DNA from: a virus
Taxonomy: Duplodnaviria; Caudoviricetes
DNA: 64,000 nt
Virus record (IMG/VR): IMGVR_UViG_3300031992_000011
Reading direction: 5' to 3' (one strand)
The notes beneath the pieces are model-generated. The model did no database searches, was not told where the DNA came from, and saw only the letters and a list, made by a program, of their open reading frames with translations. This document shows positions 47,447-54,820 of the stretch, piece after piece; position 1 is the first letter of the stretch, and each line of letters begins with the position of its first letter. Position numbers and translations under genes: made by a program.

Positions 47447-47800
47447 TCACTTTCCTTTGCCTATTTCGACGGACTTGTCAAGTATCTGCCAAATCTTCTT
47501 GAGGACGTCATACTGCGGTGATTCGGGCGTGTTCGCCAGTTTGGCGAGCCCCTGTATGGCGATCTGCCTTATTTGGTTCATATAACCGGTGACTTCCGGG
47601 TCGGCCGGTGCCTGCTGAACTTCTTCCGCGTCGTCTTCATCGTCCATGCTTGGCATCCAGTCATACCCCGGACCGTTCTCATAAGGAACAGGACCCTCTC
47701 CATCTTGTCCGAACACGACACTTTCGAGCGTGAGCGACTTTTTCCCGTCGAGCATATGGTTCATCTCATTGATGAGATTCTCATTGTGTCTTTTCTTCAT
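47447..47800 (-). CDS. Hypothetical protein with LxE leader (117 aa)
   Basis: NENLINEMNHML...LTLES; TATTTA at 47823-47828. Confidence 0.75.
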   Translation of the reverse strand: MKKRHNENLINEMNHMLDGKKSLTLESVVFGQDGEGPVPYENGPGYDWMPSMDDEDDAEEVQQAPADPEVTGYMNQIRQIAIQGLAKLANTPESPQYDVLKKIWQILDKSVEIGKGK

Positions 47801-47843
47801 AAATCGTTTTCGATTTTAATTATAAATAGCTGAGAGCAAGAAT

Positions 47844-48419
47844 ATGAGGCAACCGGTAAAAAAGAAAACATCACAGAAAAGAAGCAACCCGAGGGCGAAG
47901 AAGCGGACCAAGGAATACGGCACGTCAAAACTTGAGGCGGACTTTGCCCGCGACTTCCTTGACGCCAACGGACTTAAGTACATATATCAGTACAAGGCCG
48001 AAAGCATAGGGCGGTTCTACGACTTTGCCGTGACCGCGGACACTGACTACCCGTACCGGATGGTCGAGAAAGACGGCATATGGAGCGTCGACCAGAACGG
48101 GCAGTATTTCTGTGTGGACTTCATCATCGAGGTCGACGGGGACTACTACCATGCCAATCCGCTCGTCGTAAACGAGTCGGAACTGAACCCGATGCAGAAG
48201 CACAACCGGCGCGTGGACGAGCAGAAGGACAGATGGTGCGCGATGAACTGCATACCGCTGATGAGGGTTTGGGAACACGACATAAGGAAGAATCCCGGAA
48301 AAGTGCTCGAAGAACTGTCGAAATACGCCAAGATAGCGCAAAAATTACAAAAAAAGAGAAATATGAAGTCAGGTCCGCACTGGTCGCTTGACAAAATCAG
48401 GCCAAAGAAAACATATTGA
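47844..48419 (+). CDS. Vsr/DUF559-like PD-(D/E)xK endonuclease
   Basis: TSKLE, FYDF, IIEVDGDYYH and D..KD......LMRVWE.DI. Confidence 0.75.
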   Translation: MRQPVKKKTSQKRSNPRAKKRTKEYGTSKLEADFARDFLDANGLKYIYQYKAESIGRFYDFAVTADTDYPYRMVEKDGIWSVDQNGQYFCVDFIIEVDGDYYHANPLVVNESELNPMQKHNRRVDEQKDRWCAMNCIPLMRVWEHDIRKNPGKVLEELSKYAKIAQKLQKKRNMKSGPHWSLDKIRPKKTY

Positions 48420-48446
48420 AGTAGGGAACTATAGAAGAATATTTAG

Positions 48447-49037
48447 ATGATAGCTACTTTGCAAATACCGTACGGATACGGTGACTGTGTAGGCGGATTT
48501 GAGTACGGTAAAGAGATAGACCAAGAGACATACATCAAGCAACTCATAGACGACTACAACTACCACAAGGTCGGCGTCGACCAAATGATGACGACCCGTC
48601 TGTCGCGCAACATAGCGATAAACCCGTTCCGTAAGGAAAAAAGGGAATACCGGCAGCAGAAGCAGTCAATATTCTCGGTTGACTGCTACTTCAGTGACAA
48701 GAATTTCGAACCGCTGAAAATAGAGGACCTGCTCACGTTCTACCGTCAGGACAAGAGTTTCGTCATCGTGGTACAGTTCAAGGACATCAGGGACGTGAAG
48801 AAAGAACCTGACGTCGAGAGCGACCTGAAGATGTGGATGAGCGAGACGCTGAAAATCGAACGCACGGACATGCTGACCGACATCGAAAAATTCAAGTCAT
48901 TCTCGAAGAAGGATCTCAAGATAACATTCAGAGAGTCAAAAATGTCAGCAGTGATACTGAACACGAAGATGGTCAGTGTCTACAGCGGAAACAAGTTCGC
49001 CCTTTGGGTAGACAAGATAAGATTCACCGACAAATAG
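48447..49037 (+). CDS. Hypothetical protein (196 aa)
   Basis: ORF preceded by TTGA-N20-CATATT at 48388-48417. Confidence 0.75.
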   Translation: MIATLQIPYGYGDCVGGFEYGKEIDQETYIKQLIDDYNYHKVGVDQMMTTRLSRNIAINPFRKEKREYRQQKQSIFSVDCYFSDKNFEPLKIEDLLTFYRQDKSFVIVVQFKDIRDVKKEPDVESDLKMWMSETLKIERTDMLTDIEKFKSFSKKDLKITFRESKMSAVILNTKMVSVYSGNKFALWVDKIRFTDK

Positions 49038-49045
49038 CAGCATAA

Positions 49046-50500
49046 ATGGCAGACATCAAGCAGCAACCAAAGAAGAATTACAGCAAGGAAGAGCAGATCG
49101 CGATCGTGAAAGCGTCAAACCAGATGCTGACAGAGGCACTCGGGCGTATGATAGAACGCGGTGTCGAGGACAGCAAGATACAAGAAATGAAGACCGCGAT
49201 CGGCGAGAACCTGGACTACGCCAAACACTCACTCGACGCGACAAAGGAAGACGTGGACAACGCCATGTACCACGGAGCGAGCATATCGGCGATCAAGTCG
49301 TATGAGGAAAGACTGAAACGAAAAGGCATCACGGACGAGGAGATGAGGAGAAAGGACATAGCGACAACCGGCGCCACAACCGTCCAAAACGGCGAAACCG
49401 CGAGCGAACCCGCCAAAAAGAGAAGACAGCGCAAGAAAAAGGCCGCCGGCGAATCAGATTCTGGTGCAAAGAAACCGGACACAAAAGAAGCGCCGCAGGT
49501 GATAGAAGAGGCAAAACCGCCTGTCGCCCACACAAATCCCGGACCAAAAGACGCCGTCCGCAAGGAGGAGCAACCGGACAAGGACAAGTACTACAACATA
49601 GAGCAGTTCAACCTTGACGAGATTCCCGACTATGTCCAATACGACATCATACCGCTTCCGTCACGCGGACAGTGCTATCCGAACAAGAAGTCGAGGATAC
49701 CCGTGGCGTATCTCACGGCGGCCGACGAGAACATCATAGCGTCGCCGAACATGTACCGTGACGGAAAACTGATCGACGTAATACTGCGTAGAAAGATACT
49801 CGACAAGAGTGTCGACATCGACAAACTGTGCACAGGTGACAGGGACGCCATTGTGCTATGGCTGAGGGCGACGTCATACGGGGACGACTTCCCGATATCG
49901 GCCGAAGACACGGTGAGCGGAAAGAGATACGAGACAACAGTGAAACTTTCATCCCTCAAATACAAGAACCTCATGCTTGAGGGCGACGAGGACGGACTGC
50001 TCACGTATCAGGACGGGAAAAACGTGATCAAGTTCAGGTATCCGAGCCACGCGGACGAAGAGGAGTTGAGAGAGAGGCTGTCGAGACAGATGGGGAACCA
50101 TGACAGGTACACAGCGCTCATGTCGCTGTTCCGCCTCAAGACTGACATGAAAAAAGTCGACATAAGCGAAGAGGACAGGAAAAACGCGACCGAGGACATT
50201 GACGAGCTGAGCGACATACTGTACGCCATCGCTGACGAGGAAAAGGTGAACTATCCGGAGACCATCACCGAACAGATGAAGATATACACCAAGTCCGTGA
50301 ACGGGAACAGCGACCCGGAATACATCAGCAAGTTCATAGAAAACATGAGGAGCGGAGACGCCCTCAAGTACAGGGAATTCGTGAACGAGAACTTCCCCGG
50401 GGTCGATTTCAGAGTGACAGTAAACAGACCGGAGTCAGATGGAGGTGGCTCGTTCGACACGTTTCTTAGACTCGACGATAATGTTTTCCTCAACTTCTGA
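49046..50500 (+). CDS. Baseplate hub/tail assembly chaperone, T4 gp26-like, with long N-terminal extension
   Basis: IPLPSRGQCY...YLTAADENII...LCTGDRDAIVLWLRATSYG; directly upstream of the tape measure gene. Confidence 0.7.
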   Translation: MADIKQQPKKNYSKEEQIAIVKASNQMLTEALGRMIERGVEDSKIQEMKTAIGENLDYAKHSLDATKEDVDNAMYHGASISAIKSYEERLKRKGITDEEMRRKDIATTGATTVQNGETASEPAKKRRQRKKKAAGESDSGAKKPDTKEAPQVIEEAKPPVAHTNPGPKDAVRKEEQPDKDKYYNIEQFNLDEIPDYVQYDIIPLPSRGQCYPNKKSRIPVAYLTAADENIIASPNMYRDGKLIDVILRRKILDKSVDIDKLCTGDRDAIVLWLRATSYGDDFPISAEDTVSGKRYETTVKLSSLKYKNLMLEGDEDGLLTYQDGKNVIKFRYPSHADEEELRERLSRQMGNHDRYTALMSLFRLKTDMKKVDISEEDRKNATEDIDELSDILYAIADEEKVNYPETITEQMKIYTKSVNGNSDPEYISKFIENMRSGDALKYREFVNENFPGVDFRVTVNRPESDGGGSFDTFLRLDDNVFLNF

Positions 50501-50681
50501 ATATGAGAAGACACTGAAGAACGAACTTTACCTTTGCCACAGGCACATGAAGATAAGTTTCACGGAACTGCTCAGAATGCCTGTAGCGGACAGAAAGACA
50601 TACATCTCGATACATAACCGCGAGGTAGACAAGGAGAAGCGGCAAATGGAGGAGGCGAGGCGCAACGCCCGCAAAAGATGA
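50481..50681 (+). CDS. gp51-like hub assembly catalyst (possible frameshift extension of the preceding gene)
   Basis: EYEKTLKNELYLCHRHMKISFTELLRMPVADRKTYI; +1 frame, overlapping the upstream stop. Confidence 0.6.
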   Translation: MFSSTSEYEKTLKNELYLCHRHMKISFTELLRMPVADRKTYISIHNREVDKEKRQMEEARRNARKR

Positions 50682-50684
50682 ACG

Positions 50685-50716
50685 TTTCCGCGGGCGCGCA
50701 TAAGCGTCCGCGGAAA
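50685..50716 (+). terminator. Hairpin before the tape measure promoter
   Basis: TTTCCGCGGGCGC-N6-GCGTCCGCGGAAA, immediately followed by TATTTA at 50717-50722. Confidence 0.6.
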
Positions 50717-50744
50717 TATTTAGCTATAAACGTAAGATTATCAC

Positions 50745-53700
50745 ATGGCAAACAACGGCGAGATAAACATAAAAGACCTTGAACAACTGTTCAGAAGTGT
50801 GGGCAGACGTGAATTGGAGGCCGTTTTGATACCGGCATACAAGCAATTGCTTCAGTCGTCCGTAGAACCGTTCGACGATATTGCTGAGTATCTTTCTGAA
50901 GAAAATCGCAAAAATCTAAGAGCCGCATACGACGAATACAAGGATGCAATCGAGACTTTAAATCGGAGTATAGAAGAACAAGTCCAACTAATAAAGGACA
51001 TTGACGACGAGATATCCTCAAAACAGCAGGAACTGAGACGCGCCAGAGGCAGAACGGCGAGGGCCAGCATACAGCATGACATAGACGAACTTAAACTCGA
51101 CAGACAATCTGCCGAGAATAACCTACAGATGTCCAAAGACCTCCGCGACAGAAAACACGAGGATATATTTAGCGATCCGAAGAAGAAGAAGGCGAAGGAA
51201 GCGGCAGAAAAGGCTGTAGAATTAGAGAAGGAGAAGATAGAACGAGCGTCAATGCGGCGCAAGATGAACAGCGCCATGGGCGATACATGGATAGGCGGAC
51301 GCTTAGACAATCTGGCGGCGAGGCAGGAGAAACTCACGAAGTTCGGCAACATGGGGAACTTCATGCAGAACAACGCCGGAGGCCTGGCCAAGATGGTCGG
51401 CGGAGGAGGCAAGCTCGCAAAAGTGTTCTCGACGCTCGGCGGCGTGGTCGGAAAGGTCGGAGGAATGTTCACGAAACTTCTTGGACCTATTGGGTGGATA
51501 ATCGAGATAGTCAAGTTCGCGATGGACACGTATGGCGACCATCTCAAACTTCAAGCCAAACTTACGGAGATAGAGACCCAGAGACGACAGGACTACACCG
51601 ACTACATGACCGGACAGTATACCGTAGGCACGGACAAGGCGCTCGCGTATATGGACTACACCGGACAGGTGGCCATGGCAAGACGCGGCGCCGGCGCGGC
51701 GGACCTTACCGATGCGAACGGACTCTTGGTCGGACGTTCGGCAACGGCGGCAGAACTCGGGTACGGACTCCCGTTCAACGGAATAAACGAGACTGCTTAC
51801 CAGGCGGCCAGCGCAGCAGTGAAATTTGCCGCGGACGCTCAGAAGACGGAGAGGGCACACGGCGTCAGAATGAGGGACATCGAGAGGACGTCAGCAGCAG
51901 CAAAGGCGCAATACGAGCAAACAGCAGGAATGGCCGGGTTCCGGGAGAGGGAGAACGAACTGAAACTGATCAATGACATGTTTGACCGGAACATGGACGC
52001 CATGCGGGAAAGAATCGGCGCCGGAGCATCCGCACAAGGACTTGACTATCTCACAAAGAACGAAAACAGCGGCAATCAGATAGAAGGGCTCACGAAGGAC
52101 GTACAAGAAAAAGTGTACGGTGCAGCGAAAAAAGGCGCTGGAGGAGGCACATGGGCATCACAGGCAATGGCCGGAGCGGAGGCAGGCGGTGGAGAAAGGA
52201 CAAGCGCAGGTGCGTCCGCCGTATTGACTGCGATAGGGATGCTTAGCGACAGTATGCTACAAGGAACGTTGGATGTCACAAATGCAGACTTCAAAAAAGA
52301 GACTGCCAGACTGTCGCAGGAACTTCAGTTGGAAAAGGTGATAGCTGAGCGCAACTACAACCTTGGGGTGAAAAGGATACAGCTTGAGACACAACTGGCG
52401 AAAACAACGGATGACGCAAGAAAAGCCGCAGCGGACCAAGTGACAGACGCCGCCGCCCGCGTTGTCGAGGCACAGCTCAAGCTGGCGCAGAACACAGAGA
52501 AGTGGCTGGACAAACTTGACGAGGTGTCAAACAACACCGCAAGGAGCATGGGGATAACCGATCCCGCCGCGATGAGGAGATACCAGTACATGCTGATGCA
52601 CAACGCGAGCGACCTCGGCAAGAAATGGGGCGTCCAGCCTGAAGAGGTGATGAAGATGCAGAGCGGTTTCGCCGAGAACACCGGAAGAAACAGGACACTC
52701 ACCAAGACAGAACTCGACAAGATGCTCGCGTTCGGTTATCTTACCGGTGACAACGCACAGGCCGGGGCGATAGTCAACGGGCTTCAGATATTCAACAAGA
52801 GCGCGTCTGACAGCATCGACCTTATGGACAAGCAGATGCAGAAGGTCAACAAGATGGGTCTGAATGCAAGGAAGTATGCAAAGGATTTTCTTGACAACAT
52901 CAAACTTGCCAACAAATACAACTTCAAAAACGGCGTGAAGGGACTCGCCGAGATGACCGCATGGGCACAGAAGACCAGGTTCAACATGTCGTCATTGTCA
53001 TCAATTCTCGACAAAGTGCAGGAAGGCGGACTTGAGGGCGTCATCAAGCAGTCCGCAGGTTTCCAGGTGCTTGGCGGTAACGCCGCAATGTACTCTGACC
53101 CTCTCGGCATGATGTTCGACGCTTGGAACGACCCTGACGCTTACGCCAAGAGAATGTACAACATGACAAAGGGGTATGGTTCTATCGACAGACGCACCGG
53201 CGAGACCAAGTTCAATCAGAACGAGAGCATGTTCATCGCCGAAATAGCGAAATTGCAAGGCAGGTCACCCGAGGAACTCAGGAACGAGATACGTGAAAGG
53301 AACAAACGGGATGTGGTCACTTCGCAACTTAGTGCCGAACAACTGTCATCGTTGAATGAGGATCAAAAGACATTGTTGTCGAACAAGGCCGTGTTCAACG
53401 AAAAGACCGGCAGATGGGAGGTCGCAATGGACGACGGAACGATCAGAGGTCTCAACGAAATAGGGTCTGAAGACATCAAGCATCTGCAACCGCAAGGGCA
53501 CGAGGAAACAATAGAGAACTATATGGAACAGATACTCACCGCGCTCAAGAGGGTCACCGGTGAGGAGATATGGGAGAAAACCGAGTCTGGTATATCGGCA
53601 TACGAGGAATACACGGCCAATTATCTTCAGAGGATGGCAACGTCAAACGACAACTTCCTTCAGAAACGCGAAGAATATGACAAGACCATCAAGGAAGGGA

Positions 53701-54779
53701 TGGATGCTGCCACGAAGAATCTGAAGACATTCCTTGACATATTCCAAGACAACAACGATCCGCTTAGGGCAGAGGTCGACAAACTCAAGGAAAGCGCAGC
53801 GAACATGGCCGGCAGCGTGGAGACACTTGGTTCGATACTTTCTTCAGCGAACGGGAACCTTAGCGCCGGTTTCGACGAACTGACCGGTGAATTGAATGAC
53901 GCAGAACGGAGGATACGGGAATTCTTCCATCTTGAGGAACAACTGAATCAAGATAAGTCTTCAAAGGCCAACAGGGTGTTTGACGGACTGATGAAAAAGG
54001 CGTTGCAACTGAGCAGCAACACGCAGTTGGATAAGTTCACGAAAAATCCGTTTGCAACAACCGGAAAATGGTCACAAAAGGATTGGTCAGATTATGGGAG
54101 TCCGATTGAACAACTAAGAAAAATGGCTTCCACTCCACATTATTCAATAAAGGAAGCCAGAGATCTGATAAAATCAAGTAAGATAACAGACTATCTTGTA
54201 AATCAAGGGTATTGGACTTCAAAAGGCACCGCGGACGATGACGACGCCATCAGAGACTTCATGAAAAACATCGGCAGATACGAAGTCGTACATGAAGACG
54301 ATAAAAATATGCGGTACACTAAACTAAGGAGAGTAGCTGATGCACTGATACCATCGAACGGATCCTCTACCTTTATATCCGGCGGTTCCGGCGTGCAACA
54401 CATAAACGATGGCGTCATAACCAACCCGAGCGACCGCATACTGGCATTCAGGCCCGGCGGAAGCGTTGCCAACCTATGGAACACGATGGCCGAGGCAATG
54501 AATGTGATGTCTGACTATATCTCGCCGATGTCGTCGACTGTTCCTTACGCGAACGGAGGATACGGGCAGAACAACAACCCGAGCGAAATCAGAGTGACAC
54601 TCGACGGAACGCTGAACGTCAGCGGAGGAGGGCAGAGTGTGGACATCATCAACATGCTCCGATACGACCCGACGTTCGCGAGGGAATTCGGAAAGGCGAT
54701 GATCATGGCGATAGACAACGGACAGAACGGGAAGACCTTGCATCCGGTAATGAACAGAGGGTACACAACAATTTCATAA
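50745..54779 (+). CDS. Tape measure protein (1344 aa)
   Basis: Ala/Gly-rich helical protein with a hydrophobic GGVVGKVGG...LLGPIGWII patch and C-terminal DGVI.NPSD.ILAF.PGG; lies between chaperone and baseplate genes. Confidence 0.85.
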   Translation: MANNGEINIKDLEQLFRSVGRRELEAVLIPAYKQLLQSSVEPFDDIAEYLSEENRKNLRAAYDEYKDAIETLNRSIEEQVQLIKDIDDEISSKQQELRRARGRTARASIQHDIDELKLDRQSAENNLQMSKDLRDRKHEDIFSDPKKKKAKEAAEKAVELEKEKIERASMRRKMNSAMGDTWIGGRLDNLAARQEKLTKFGNMGNFMQNNAGGLAKMVGGGGKLAKVFSTLGGVVGKVGGMFTKLLGPIGWIIEIVKFAMDTYGDHLKLQAKLTEIETQRRQDYTDYMTGQYTVGTDKALAYMDYTGQVAMARRGAGAADLTDANGLLVGRSATAAELGYGLPFNGINETAYQAASAAVKFAADAQKTERAHGVRMRDIERTSAAAKAQYEQTAGMAGFRERENELKLINDMFDRNMDAMRERIGAGASAQGLDYLTKNENSGNQIEGLTKDVQEKVYGAAKKGAGGGTWASQAMAGAEAGGGERTSAGASAVLTAIGMLSDSMLQGTLDVTNADFKKETARLSQELQLEKVIAERNYNLGVKRIQLETQLAKTTDDARKAAADQVTDAAARVVEAQLKLAQNTEKWLDKLDEVSNNTARSMGITDPAAMRRYQYMLMHNASDLGKKWGVQPEEVMKMQSGFAENTGRNRTLTKTELDKMLAFGYLTGDNAQAGAIVNGLQIFNKSASDSIDLMDKQMQKVNKMGLNARKYAKDFLDNIKLANKYNFKNGVKGLAEMTAWAQKTRFNMSSLSSILDKVQEGGLEGVIKQSAGFQVLGGNAAMYSDPLGMMFDAWNDPDAYAKRMYNMTKGYGSIDRRTGETKFNQNESMFIAEIAKLQGRSPEELRNEIRERNKRDVVTSQLSAEQLSSLNEDQKTLLSNKAVFNEKTGRWEVAMDDGTIRGLNEIGSEDIKHLQPQGHEETIENYMEQILTALKRVTGEEIWEKTESGISAYEEYTANYLQRMATSNDNFLQKREEYDKTIKEGMDAATKNLKTFLDIFQDNNDPLRAEVDKLKESAANMAGSVETLGSILSSANGNLSAGFDELTGELNDAERRIREFFHLEEQLNQDKSSKANRVFDGLMKKALQLSSNTQLDKFTKNPFATTGKWSQKDWSDYGSPIEQLRKMASTPHYSIKEARDLIKSSKITDYLVNQGYWTSKGTADDDDAIRDFMKNIGRYEVVHEDDKNMRYTKLRRVADALIPSNGSSTFISGGSGVQHINDGVITNPSDRILAFRPGGSVANLWNTMAEAMNVMSDYISPMSSTVPYANGGYGQNNNPSEIRVTLDGTLNVSGGGQSVDIINMLRYDPTFAREFGKAMIMAIDNGQNGKTLHPVMNRGYTTIS

Positions 54780-54820
54780 CCTGTGTTAATTATACTTAAA
54801 GCGACAACAGAACACAACAC

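Noticed and set aside
47844-48419. Mobile homing endonuclease or restriction partner of the methyltransferases
   Set aside because: No intron context, no extra DNA-binding repeats and no linkage to a methyltransferase; its position among morphogenesis genes fits a resident nuclease better.
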